A stretch of 64,000 bases of DNA from an uncultured Acidobacteriota bacterium. Lineage in GTDB: Bacteria > Acidobacteriota > Vicinamibacteria > Vicinamibacterales > SCN-69-37. The notes under the pieces were generated by a model that saw only the letters and a program-made list of their open reading frames with translations, ran no database searches and was not told the DNA's origin. Location: NCBI GenBank assembly GCA_963764505.1, contig CAVXSP010000001.1, positions 2,164,614-2,228,613 on the forward strand, given 5' to 3'. Shown here piece after piece: positions 51,015 to 61,774 of the stretch; the first letter of the stretch is position 1; each line of letters opens with the position of its first letter. The translations under genes and the position numbers were made by a program.

Positions 51015-52853
51015 ATGGGTTCGCCTCTGCCGGCCGCCGAAGCGGCCTCCGTTGCGGCGCGGTCGTCTGTCGCCAACGACTTCAGCATCCAGGTTGCCAC
51101 CGTCAACGGCTCCGGCAGCCAGACCGCCAACCTGGTGCTGCTCCGGTCGATCTTCCAGATGGGCGTGCCGGTGTCGGGCAAGAACCTCTTCCCGTCGAAC
51201 ATCGCCGGGCTCCCGACCTGGTTCACGATTCGCGCGAATCACCGCGGCTACATCAGCCGGAAGAAGGAAATCGACTTCCTCGTCGCGATGAATCAGGAGA
51301 CCGCGAAGGAGGACGTGCTCTCGCTCGAGCCGGGGCGCGTCGTCGTCTACGACGAGCCGCTGAAGCTGGACGCGCTGCGGAGCGACCTGATCTTCTATCC
51401 GGTGCCGTTCGACAGGATCGTCGCGCAGGTCTGCCCCGACGCGAAGCTGCGGCGCCTCGTGCGCAACATGATCTACGACGGCGTGCTCTCGACGCTCCTG
51501 TCGATCGAGCTGCCGGAGATGGAGAAGGCGCTCAACAAGCAGCTCGGCCGGAAGCCGAAGGCGATGGTGCTCAACATGGGCGCGCTCGAGGCCGGTGCGA
51601 AGTTCGCCGCCGAGCACCTCGAGAAGCGCGACCCCTACCGCCTGTCGCGGATGCACCAGACCGAGGGGCTCGTGCTCGTCGAGGGCAACGCCGCCGCGGC
51701 CATGGGCTGCATGTTCGCGGGCGCGACGGTCGTCGCCTGGTATCCGATCACGCCGTCGTCGTCGCTGCCGGAGACGCTCATCGGCTACATGCGAAAGTAC
51801 CGCATGGACCCGGAGACGGGAAAGGCCACCTTCGCGATCGTGCAGGCCGAAGACGAGATCGCGGCCCTGGGTATGGTCGTCGGCGCCGGCTGGGCCGGCG
51901 CCCGGGCCATGACGTCGACCTCGGGCCCCGGGATTTCGCTGATGTCGGAGTTCGCCGGTCTGTCCTACTACGCCGAGGTGCCGGCGGTCGTGTTCGACAT
52001 CCAGCGCGTCGGGCCGTCCACGGGCCTGCCGACGCGCACCGCGCAGGGCGATCTGCTCTTCGCCGCCCTCAACTCCCACGGCGACACGCGGCACGTGTTG
52101 TTGATCCCGGGCTCGGTGGCGGAGTGCTACGAGCTGGCGATGGAGGCGTTCGACCTCGCCGAGCGCCTCCAGACGCTCGTCTTCGTCATGAGCGACCTGG
52201 ACCTCGGGATGAACACGTGGATGTCCAAGCCGTTCGACTATCCCGGGAAGCCGCTCGATCGCGGCAAGGTGCTCGACGAGGCGAAGGTCAGGGAGCTCGG
52301 CGCCTCGTGGGGCCGGTACAAGGACGTGGACGGCGACGGGATTCCCTGGCGCAGCGTGCCCGGCACGCCGGCGCCGGCGTATTTCACGCGAGGCTCAGGC
52401 CACAACGAGCTGGCCCAGTACACGGAGCGCCCCGACGACTACGTCGCGAACCTGTCGCGTCTGGCCAGGAAGTTCGACACGGCGAAGACGATCGTGCCGC
52501 GACCGGTCGTCGATCTCGTGCCGGGCGCGAAGGTCGGCGTGATCGCGTTCGGCTCGAGCCATTTCGCGGTCGAAGAGGCGCGCGATCAGCTCCGCGAGGA
52601 GGCCGGGCTGCAGGCCTCCTATCTGCGGCTCCGCGCCTATCCGTTCACGCCGGAGGTCGACGATTTCATCCGGCGCCACGAGCGCGTCTATGTCGTCGAG
52701 CAGAATCGGGACGCCCAGATGCTCAAGCTGCTGTTGATGGACGGAGAAGCCGCCTTCGCCGCGCGGCTCCGCAGCGTGCGGCACTTCAACGGCCTGCCCA
52801 TCGACGCGCGGAGCATCAGCGACGAGATCCTGGTCCAGGAGAAGGCGGACTAG
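51015..52853 (+). CDS. korA: 2-oxoglutarate/2-oxoacid:ferredoxin oxidoreductase alpha subunit
   Basis: VATVNGSGSQTAN ... AWYPITPSS ... TSGPGISLM motifs. ATG at 51015; TTG at 51006 is also in frame. Confidence 0.88.
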   Translation: MGSPLPAAEAASVAARSSVANDFSIQVATVNGSGSQTANLVLLRSIFQMGVPVSGKNLFPSNIAGLPTWFTIRANHRGYISRKKEIDFLVAMNQETAKEDVLSLEPGRVVVYDEPLKLDALRSDLIFYPVPFDRIVAQVCPDAKLRRLVRNMIYDGVLSTLLSIELPEMEKALNKQLGRKPKAMVLNMGALEAGAKFAAEHLEKRDPYRLSRMHQTEGLVLVEGNAAAAMGCMFAGATVVAWYPITPSSSLPETLIGYMRKYRMDPETGKATFAIVQAEDEIAALGMVVGAGWAGARAMTSTSGPGISLMSEFAGLSYYAEVPAVVFDIQRVGPSTGLPTRTAQGDLLFAALNSHGDTRHVLLIPGSVAECYELAMEAFDLAERLQTLVFVMSDLDLGMNTWMSKPFDYPGKPLDRGKVLDEAKVRELGASWGRYKDVDGDGIPWRSVPGTPAPAYFTRGSGHNELAQYTERPDDYVANLSRLARKFDTAKTIVPRPVVDLVPGAKVGVIAFGSSHFAVEEARDQLREEAGLQASYLRLRAYPFTPEVDDFIRRHERVYVVEQNRDAQMLKLLLMDGEAAFAARLRSVRHFNGLPIDARSISDEILVQEKAD

Positions 52854-52899
52854 TTTCGCGCCCGTACCCAGAGCCCAAAGCCAAGAGCCCAAGAATGCC

Positions 52900-53940
52900 A
52901 TGAGCGACAGCGCCGTTCCGACGAAGAAGGTGAACCGCCTCGGTCTGGAGTCCGCGGTCTATCGCGGCAGCAAGACGACCCTGTGCGCCGGCTGCGGGCA
53001 CAACGCCATCACCGAGCGCATCATCGACGCGTTCTTCGAGATGGGCGTCGATCCGAAGCGCGTCCTGAAGCTCTCGGGCATCGGCTGCTCGAGCAAGAGC
53101 CCCGCGTACTTCCTCAACCAGTCCCACGGGTTCAACTCGGTGCACGGCCGCATGCCGTCGGTGGCCACCGGCGCGATGCTGGCGAATCGGACGATGCTGT
53201 CGATCGGGATCAGCGGGGACGGAGATACCGGCGCCATCGGCATCGGCCAGTTCGTCCATCTCATGCGGCGCAACCTGCCGCTCATCTACGTCATCGAGGA
53301 CAACGGCTGCTACGGCCTGACGAAGGGGCAGTTCTCGCCGACGGCGGATCTGGGCTCGAAGGCGAAGAACGGCGTCGTGAACGACCTGGCGCCGATCGAC
53401 ACCTGCGCCCTGGCAATCGAGCTGGGCGCGTCGTTCGTCGCGCGGTCGTTCTCCGGCGACAAGAAGCAGCTGCTGAGCGTCCTCAAGGCGGCCATCGCGC
53501 ACCGCGGCACGGCGATGCTCGACGTGATCTCGCCCTGCGTCACCTTCAACGACCACGAGGGCTCGACGAAGAGCTACGCGTACGTGAAGGACCACGACGA
53601 GCCGCTCGGGGAGATCAGCTTCGTCCCCTTCTTCGAGGACATCAACGTGGAGTACGACGCCGGCACCACCATGGCGGTGACCATGCACGACGGGTCGCGC
53701 CTGCTGCTGCGGAAGGTGGCCGAGGACTACAATCCCTCGGACAAGATGTCCGCGCTGCGGCTGCTCCACGAGACGGCCCGTCGCGGCGAGTTCGCCACCG
53801 GCGTGCTGTACGTCGAGCCGGACAAGGACGATTTCATCGAGACGCTGAACCTCGTGGATCAGCCGCTCGCGTTCCTGCCGCCCGAGAAGGTCCGCCCGCC
53901 CAAAGCCGTGCTCGACCAGATCATGGAAGGACTGCGCTGA
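52900..53940 (+). CDS. korB: 2-oxoglutarate/2-oxoacid:ferredoxin oxidoreductase beta subunit (TPP-binding)
   Basis: CAGCGHN, GISGDGDTGAIG (TPP GDG motif), DNGCYGLTKGQ. Confidence 0.88.
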   Translation: MSDSAVPTKKVNRLGLESAVYRGSKTTLCAGCGHNAITERIIDAFFEMGVDPKRVLKLSGIGCSSKSPAYFLNQSHGFNSVHGRMPSVATGAMLANRTMLSIGISGDGDTGAIGIGQFVHLMRRNLPLIYVIEDNGCYGLTKGQFSPTADLGSKAKNGVVNDLAPIDTCALAIELGASFVARSFSGDKKQLLSVLKAAIAHRGTAMLDVISPCVTFNDHEGSTKSYAYVKDHDEPLGEISFVPFFEDINVEYDAGTTMAVTMHDGSRLLLRKVAEDYNPSDKMSALRLLHETARRGEFATGVLYVEPDKDDFIETLNLVDQPLAFLPPEKVRPPKAVLDQIMEGLR

Positions 53941-53950
53941 CGCGATCTCC

Positions 53951-54370
53951 ATGTCCGAACGAACCTTCGCCATCATCAAGCCCGACGCCGTCCGCGCCCG
54001 CGCCGCGGGCCGCATCCTGGCGCGGATCGAGGAGGCGGGGTTCGACATCCTCGCCCTGCGCCTGCAGCATCTGACGAAGGCCGAAGCCGAGGGCTTCTAC
54101 GCCGTCCACCGCGCGCGCCCGTTCTTCGCGAGCCTGACCGAGTTCATGTCCTCGGGGCCGTGCATCGTCATGGCGCTTCAGGCGCCCGACGCGATCCGGA
54201 AGTGGCGAGCCCTGATGGGCGCGACCGACCCGGCCAAGGCCGAGCCGGGCACGCTGCGCCGCGAGTTCGGCTCGTCGATCGAGGACAACGCCACGCACGG
54301 CTCGGACGCGCCGGAAACGGCTCGCTTCGAGCTGGGCTACTTTTTCGGGGGCATGGAACCCGGAGAGTAA
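53951..54370 (+). CDS. ndk: Nucleoside diphosphate kinase
   Basis: ERTFAIIKPDAV ... NATHGSD (active-site His). Confidence 0.96.
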   Translation: MSERTFAIIKPDAVRARAAGRILARIEEAGFDILALRLQHLTKAEAEGFYAVHRARPFFASLTEFMSSGPCIVMALQAPDAIRKWRALMGATDPAKAEPGTLRREFGSSIEDNATHGSDAPETARFELGYFFGGMEPGE

Positions 54371-54564
54371 TGGCCCGCCTGTTGATCGTCGCGGGCATCG
54401 TGCTGGTCGTGCTCGGGTTGCTGCTGAAGTCCGGCCTCCCGATCGGACGGCTCCCCGGGGACGTCGTGATCCGCCGCGGCGGGACGACGTTCTACTTTCC
54501 GATCGTGACGTGCGTCCTCCTCAGCGTCGTGCTCTCGGTTTTGGGTATGCTCTTGCGACGGTAG
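54370..54564 (+). CDS. DUF2905 small membrane protein
   Basis: [19 protein letters not shown]...[33 protein letters not shown] is the classic DUF2905 pattern. TAATG overlap with ndk. Confidence 0.75.
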   Translation: MARLLIVAGIVLVVLGLLLKSGLPIGRLPGDVVIRRGGTTFYFPIVTCVLLSVVLSVLGMLLRR

Positions 54565-54574
54565 TGACCGCCCT

Positions 54575-55129
54575 ATGTCCATTCGTCCAGATTCGTGGAT
54601 TCGCAGGATGGCCGTCGAGCATGGGATGATCGATCCCTTCGTCGACGGCCAGGTGCGCGCGGGCGTCGTCTCGTACGGTCTGTCGTCGTATGGCTACGAC
54701 ATCCGCGTCGGGGACGAGTTCAAGGTGTTCACGAACATCAACACGACGGTCATCGATCCGAAGAAGTTCGATCCGCGGTCGTTCGTCGACGTCAAGGCAG
54801 ATGTGTGCATCATCCCGCCGAACTCGTTCGCCCTGGCGCACACGGTGGAGTACTTCCGCATTCCCCGGGACGTGCTGACGATCTGTCTCGGCAAGTCGAC
54901 CTACGCGCGGTGCGGGATCATCGTCAACGTGACGCCGTTCGAGCCGGAATGGGAGGGCACCGTCACGCTCGAGATCTCCAACACGACCCCGCTGCCGGCG
55001 AAGATCTACGCGAACGAGGGCATCGCCCAGGTCGTGTTCTTCCAGAGCGACGAGGTCTGCGAGCGGTCGTACGCGGACAAGAGCGGGAAGTACCTGCGAC
55101 AGCGTGGCGTCACGCTGCCGCAGATCTAG
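54575..55129 (+). CDS. dcd: dCTP deaminase
   Basis: [13 protein letters not shown] ... [10 protein letters not shown] ... EPEWEG. Confidence 0.93.
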   Translation: MSIRPDSWIRRMAVEHGMIDPFVDGQVRAGVVSYGLSSYGYDIRVGDEFKVFTNINTTVIDPKKFDPRSFVDVKADVCIIPPNSFALAHTVEYFRIPRDVLTICLGKSTYARCGIIVNVTPFEPEWEGTVTLEISNTTPLPAKIYANEGIAQVVFFQSDEVCERSYADKSGKYLRQRGVTLPQI

Positions 55130-55246
55130 CGCGCGGCGCCGGATCCACGAGTCCCGCGGCGCCGGCGAGGGCAGGATGAAGAGGACGTTGCCGCAGCGGG
55201 TTCCGATGCCGTCCGAGGGCGGGCTGGCCAGGGGGACGTCCGGCTG

Positions 55247-56917
55247 ATGAGCGCCTCCGCCGTGCTCGTCGTCGACGATCACGATCTCAACCGCGAGATG
55301 CTGGCCCGCCGTCTCCGGCGGCAGGGCTACCGCGTCGTCGCCGTGGCCGACGGACGATCCGCTCTCGAAGCCGTCGAACATGAGCCGTTCGACCTCGTCC
55401 TGCTCGACGTCGAGATGCCCGAGATGAGCGGCCTCGAGGTGCTGCAGCGCCTGCGCCAGCGCGTTTCGCCGGCCGACCTGCCGATCGTGATGGTGTCGGG
55501 ACGGCAGGACGCCGGGACGATGGTCTCGGCTCTGGACCTCGGTGCGAACGACTACATCACCAAGCCGGTCGACTTCGCCGTGGCGTTCGCCCGGCTGCAG
55601 AACCAGGTCACGCGCCGGCAACTCGAGCGGGCGCGCAGGAGCCAGGACCCGCTCACCGGACTGCCGAACCGGACGGCGCTGCTCGAATGGTCGGCGGGCC
55701 GCGCCGACGCGGATCGTCCGGCCGCGGCGCTCGCGCTGAATCTCGACCGTTTCCGGACCATCAACAACGGTCTCGGCCGCGCCACGGGCGACCGGCTGCT
55801 CGCGGGGATGGCCGCACGGCTGCAGGAGATCACGCCGGCGGCCGGGCGGCTGGCACGCATGCCCGGCGACGAGTTCGTCTGGCTCGTGCACGACATCGGC
55901 GAGGCCGGCGCGACGGATCTCGCTTCACGCGCGCTCGCGCTCGTCCGCCAGCCCTTCGCTCTGGACGGCCGCCGCGCGGTGCTGACGGCGAGCGTCGGCG
56001 TCGCCTGCGCCGATTCGGGCCGCGCGCCCGAGGCCTTGCTCGACCAGGCCGACACGGCCATGTACCGTGCGAAGACGCTCTCCGGCAACCGGTACGAGCT
56101 CTTCGCGCCGGCGTTGCAGTCCCGGGCGACGGCGCGGCTGCAGCTCGAGATGGAGCTGCAGTCGGCCCTTGCGGAGGGCGCCATCGAGCTGCGCTACGAG
56201 CCGATCGTGGACCTGGCGTCGGGCAGGGTCTTCGCCCTCGAGGCGCTCGCCCGGTGGATGCACGCGGAGCGCGGCGAGGTCCCGCCAGGCGAGTTCATCC
56301 CGATCGCGGAGGAAACCGGGCTCATCGTGCCGCTGGGTCAGCACGTGCTCCGCCTGGCGTGCGGGCAGCTGTGCGAATGGCAGCGCGACGGTGCGGCGCC
56401 CGCCGGCTTCGGCGTGGCCGTCAACATCTCGGCGCACCAGCTGGATCAGCCGGATTTCGTCGACGGGCTGAAGGAGACCATTGCGGCGACCGGGGTCGAT
56501 CCTCGCGGACTCACGCTCGAGATCACGGAGAGCGTGCTCATGGAGAACAGCGACCGCATGCAGGAGGTGCTCGCGCAGGTCCACGCGCTGGGGCTGAAGA
56601 TCGCGATCGACGACTTCGGCACCGGCTACTCGTCGCTCAGCTATCTCCAGAACTTCTCGCTCAACCGGCTGAAGATCGACCGGTCGTTCATTCAGGGGCT
56701 CACGCGGATGGAAGGCCCGCAGATCGTCGGCGCGCTGATCCGGCTTGCGCGGAGTCTCGGCATGGACGTCGTGGCGGAGGGCGTGGAGCTCGCCCGGGAG
56801 CTCGACGAGCTGAGGACGCTCGGCTGCGGCTACGCGCAGGGCTATCTCTTCTGCCGGCCGCTGAGCGCGGCAGCGGCGTTCCGGACCGTGCAGTCGCCGT
56901 TTTCCATGGAACAATAG
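55247..56917 (+). CDS. Response-regulator receiver - degenerate GGDEF - EAL protein
   Basis: REC (VLVVDDH ... LVLLDVEMPEMSG). GGDEF domain has PGDEF in place of GGDEF. EAL domain has EALARW, DDFGTGYSSLSYL, EGVE. Confidence 0.85.
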   Translation: MSASAVLVVDDHDLNREMLARRLRRQGYRVVAVADGRSALEAVEHEPFDLVLLDVEMPEMSGLEVLQRLRQRVSPADLPIVMVSGRQDAGTMVSALDLGANDYITKPVDFAVAFARLQNQVTRRQLERARRSQDPLTGLPNRTALLEWSAGRADADRPAAALALNLDRFRTINNGLGRATGDRLLAGMAARLQEITPAAGRLARMPGDEFVWLVHDIGEAGATDLASRALALVRQPFALDGRRAVLTASVGVACADSGRAPEALLDQADTAMYRAKTLSGNRYELFAPALQSRATARLQLEMELQSALAEGAIELRYEPIVDLASGRVFALEALARWMHAERGEVPPGEFIPIAEETGLIVPLGQHVLRLACGQLCEWQRDGAAPAGFGVAVNISAHQLDQPDFVDGLKETIAATGVDPRGLTLEITESVLMENSDRMQEVLAQVHALGLKIAIDDFGTGYSSLSYLQNFSLNRLKIDRSFIQGLTRMEGPQIVGALIRLARSLGMDVVAEGVELARELDELRTLGCGYAQGYLFCRPLSAAAAFRTVQSPFSMEQ

Positions 56918-56930
56918 GGACATCGCCTGC

Positions 56931-56946
56931 AGGACGACGCCGTCCT
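56931..56946 (+). terminator. Small hairpin after the GGDEF-EAL gene
   Basis: AGGACG acgc CGTCCT, 14 nt after the stop. Confidence 0.3.
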
Positions 56947-56992
56947 CGGCGGAGACGCACCGGAAGCGACTCCGGTCGCGATGATTTCAGAT

Positions 56993-57021
56993 TTGACGAG
57001 TCGCTGGTCGCAGGCTACGAT
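56993..57021 (+). promoter_or_regulatory. Sigma-70-like promoter for the tRNA
   Basis: TTGACG (56993-56998), 17-bp spacer, TACGAT (57016-57021). The -10 ends 21 nt before the tRNA 5-prime end. Confidence 0.5.
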
Positions 57022-57042
57022 GAGAGTTCGCGTTTGACGTGT

Positions 57043-58710
<1,668 letters not shown>

Positions 58711-58961
58711 TGCAGTGTCACCTCGGGTTGTGTCTCTCGCTCCGCTGCGGCTTCACACTCAAACCGTTCACGCGCGGCCTGGCGAGCGAGAGCGCGAACC
58801 ACCATGCGCAATCGTTCGTTGCCGTGATCGCGCGGCGTACGGTGACGTGTTGCGCGTCGATTCCGTTGATTGCGCTTGTCTCGAGAACGGATCATAACGC
58901 CGCATCTCCCTCCGCGTCGTTAATGTTTGCTCCCGAGCTGAGCAGGTCGGCGATCGCATTT

Positions 58962-59097
58962 GCGGCCATCACGCAATTGCCAGACGGCGGGCGGAGCCGG
59001 AGGCACGGTCAAGCCCGCAGCCCGTCAGGGACGGAGCGAAGCGGAGTGGCTTGACCGGGCCGAGGACCGCCGGACAATCCGTCGGTGTGATGGCCGC
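58962..59097. repeat. 136-nt nested inverted-repeat (multi-tier hairpin) element
   Basis: Paired arms: GCGGCCATCAC (58962-72) / GTGATGGCCGC (59087-97). GACGG (58983-87) / CCGTC (59079-83). CGGTCAAGCC (59006-15) / GGCTTGACCG (59048-57). CCGTC (59022-26) / GACGG (59030-34). Confidence 0.6.
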
Positions 59098-59326
59098 AGC
59101 GTGTGGCCGCCAGGTTCTCAGCGCGAGAACCCATGAGACGAACGGGACGCGCGGGTTTGGAAGACAGTGGGGAGGTGACGGTCTGTGACCGTCTCGGGCG
59201 CTGATTCAGTGCGAGTGCGCGTTCACCTCTATGAACGCCGTTTCCGGCGAAAACCTGTCAAGCGTGTTCCTGCCGATGAAGTCCACGTGGGTGTCACGCA
59301 CGACACCGGCGGCGCACTTAGCGACG

Positions 59327-59809
59327 TTACCCGCGCAGGACACCGTTCGCCATCGACTCCCTGATGCCGCTGTTGATCGATGTCATGAAGCGCTTCGGAA
59401 TAGCCCCGCCGATCGTGGTGTCCTCGAAGCTGTAGCCGGTTCCTGTTTCTGCTGGATGCAGGCGAAGGGACACGTGAGCGTACTCTCCTTGGCCGTGGGC
59501 CATCCCGACATGTTTCGCACTGCCCTCGGCTGACCGGGTCAATGGTTCGACGTACGCGACCGCGGGCCTACCCACACTTGCTTCTACCTCGAACTCTCGC
59601 TTCAGGCGATCGACGATCTCTTCGAGATGTGCCTCGCTGGTGGCACCGATCACCGTGCAGTCGCGTTCGACGCCAGCCCGAATCTCCAGGTTGCCGTCCT
59701 CAGCTGCGAACGCCTGCAGGGCGCGCGCGAGCTTCTCCCGATCTGTCGGCGTCTTCGGCGTAATGTCGAGGGAGATCAGTGCGGGCTCTATGGTGCGACA
59801 TCCAGTCAA
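59327..59809 (-). pseudogene. Elongation factor G-like gene remnant (end of domain II, domain III, part of IV)
   Basis: EPALISLDITPKTPTDREKLARALQAFAAEDGNLEI ... SEAHLEEIVDRLKREFEVEASVGRPAVAY ... GQGEYAHVSLRLHP ... GGAIPKRF is colinear with EF-G residues ~400-560. The GTPase domain and the C-terminal domains are absent. Similarity continues without a start codon upstream to ~59870. Confidence 0.7.
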
Positions 59810-59893
59810 GTGACGACCGAACGAGCCAATCTTGCACGATCTGGCGCCCTCGAGGCCAATCGCGAGTTCAAGCGCAGAACGCCACAGTGGCAG

Positions 59894-59922
59894 TGGACGT
59901 GCATACGCAATGTGCGTATACT
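59894..59922 (+). promoter_or_regulatory. Candidate higBA promoter with embedded operator palindrome
   Basis: TGGACG (59894-99), 17 bp, TATACT (59917-22). Inverted repeat ATACGCA atg TGCGTAT at 59903-59919 occupies the spacer. GTG start 7 nt after the -10. Confidence 0.45.
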
Positions 59923-59929
59923 TGTGAGT

Positions 59930-60286
59930 GTGGAGTTCATCGAGACCCCCACGTTCACCGCGCTCATCGCGGAGTACTTGGAGGACGATGAATACCGAGC
60001 CTTGCAGTCGTTCTTGGCAAGGGACCCCGAAACCGGCGATGTGATCCCAGGGACCGGTGGGTTTCGGAAGCTGCGATGGGCGGATCGGCGTCGAGGCAAG
60101 GGCAAACGTGGTGGTCTCAGGGTGATCTACTACTACCTTCTGACCGATGCGCAGATTTGGCTGATGACCCTCTACGACAAGGGAGAAGTAGCGGACCTGA
60201 GTGCGGCCGAGAAACGGTTATTGAAGGCGGCGCTCGATGCGGAATTGGCGCGGCGTGCGGCGCGACGCCGCCCTCGAAGGAAGTGA
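59930..60286 (+). CDS. higB: RelE/HigB-like type II toxin
   Basis: VEFIETPTF ... GDVIPGTGGFRKLRWADRRRGKGKRGGLRVIYYYL ... IWLMTLYDKGEVADL pattern of toxin-first RelE-superfamily modules. The long N-terminal extension of ORF 59627..60286 is rejected. Confidence 0.7.
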   Translation: MEFIETPTFTALIAEYLEDDEYRALQSFLARDPETGDVIPGTGGFRKLRWADRRRGKGKRGGLRVIYYYLLTDAQIWLMTLYDKGEVADLSAAEKRLLKAALDAELARRAARRRPRRK

Positions 60287-60289
60287 ACT

Positions 60290-60643
60290 ATGGCAGCCAA
60301 GAAGCGACGGGTGACCCGAAAGAGGCGCAGCCTCTTCCGCGAGCTCATGTCTGGCGTCGAAGCCATGCGAGACCACCGGCAAGGGCGGCTCACTCTCAAG
60401 ACGCGGGAAGTGCAGCCGATCACGGTCCCGCGGATTGACGGCGACGTGGTCCGCGAGACGCGCGAAGCGCTCAACATGTCGCGCCACGTGTTCGCGTTCA
60501 AGCTTGGAGTCAACCCCAGGACGTTGGAACGGTGGGAGCAGGGACGCAGCAAGCCGAACGAGCAGGCCGCTGCCTTGATCTGGCTGGTTCGGAAGTACCC
60601 CGACACGCTGAAGAGGCTGGAGTCGCTGGCGGCTTCGGCTTGA
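60290..60643 (+). CDS. higA: XRE-type helix-turn-helix antitoxin (HigA/NadS-like)
   Basis: Starts 3 nt after the toxin stop. LNMSRHVFAFKLGVNPRTLERWEQGRSKPNEQAAALI is an HTH_3-type motif. Confidence 0.7.
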   Translation: MAAKKRRVTRKRRSLFRELMSGVEAMRDHRQGRLTLKTREVQPITVPRIDGDVVRETREALNMSRHVFAFKLGVNPRTLERWEQGRSKPNEQAAALIWLVRKYPDTLKRLESLAASA

Positions 60644-60662
60644 GTCTCCGATGGAGCCGCAA

Positions 60663-61232
60663 CTAATCAGAAGCACGGGGCTGCAATGCCTCACGGGCGC
60701 CGATACACCAGCCGAGGGTGGTTTCTCTTGGATCATCACCTGAGCTGCGATTGGTGATCACGAGGCGGAGGCGTCCACCGGGATCGAGCGACCAGACTTC
60801 ACGACGCTCAGACCACACGCCGGTCTCTGGACGCTGCCCAGTGTAGCTGCCGTTCTCGAAGACCAGCGCGTGGCCGTCCCATTTGACCGCGTGATGGGCC
60901 GTGGGGCCGTTCGGGTTGCTGTCAGCGCGTAACCCAGGCACGACGCCGCCTTGCACTCCGATCAGGTGGGTCTCCGAATGGCTGCGGCTTTCGAATTGCC
61001 GATCAATCGCGATGTCTCTGAAAAACGGCTCCATCGCGTCGCCGCGTAGCGTCGTTCGCACGAGCGTTTGGCGAACCGATAGCGCCAACGGGACATCCGT
61101 GGCTGATTGCTGCGGCGTGGCTAGAACCCAGCGCCCTGAGAAGTCTGGTTTGTCCTGAGCGGCGACTCCGACCGTGGCGAGCATGATCAAGGCGATCGAC
61201 CATGTTTGCTGAAGCCGATTCCTGCAACACAC
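60663..61232 (-). CDS. Exported hypothetical protein
   Basis: 189 aa, signal-like WSIALIMLATVGVAAQ, then DFSGRWVL... No recognisable domain. Confidence 0.45.
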   Translation of the reverse strand: MCCRNRLQQTWSIALIMLATVGVAAQDKPDFSGRWVLATPQQSATDVPLALSVRQTLVRTTLRGDAMEPFFRDIAIDRQFESRSHSETHLIGVQGGVVPGLRADSNPNGPTAHHAVKWDGHALVFENGSYTGQRPETGVWSERREVWSLDPGGRLRLVITNRSSGDDPRETTLGWCIGAREALQPRASD

Positions 61233-61774
61233 GGCCCCTCCCTCGTCTCTTGCTTCCAGCGTTCAGCCAGTTAGGCCGGCGCCTGGGATGGTGTTCCGCA
61301 AAGATTGGACACCGGAATACGTGAATTGGATGGTTGTCGCGGCAGGTTACCCGGGCGCTCACGCCGCCGACCAAGAGAACTCCACATTCAGCGGGTTGCA
61401 CGCCCCCGCAAATCCAATCTCAGCAGGAAACCCGCGAATGAATCCGCGGGTCCTTTGCTGTACGTCGTCTGTCCGCGACCGCTTTCCGCAACCATCTGGA
61501 CTTGGAATCGACAATCATTCTGAGTGGAGTCGTTTCTAGCGGGTTGGAGGAGCACGCTTGGAAATCGATTCCGGCGACCTTCACCGAACGACATCGCCGC
61601 ACCTCAACACGCATCTGGATCAAGGGCTTACTGAGATCGAGTAATCGTCGGTGTGACGCGATCTGACTCCATGTTGTCCGAAGTGTTCGAACCCACCTTA
61701 CACAGTTTGTGATTTCACCCGTTCGCGTACGCCGTGGTCATGCTCGATTCACGCGTCGTTACAGCCTGCGGGAA

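Noticed and set aside
61677-61705. GTGTTCGAACCCACC, which resembles a tRNA T-loop and was considered as a displaced tRNA 3-prime end (attR).
   Set aside because: The flanking bases cannot form a T-stem or acceptor stem. Identity to the tRNA-fMet 3-prime end is limited to the generic GTTCNAANCC core.
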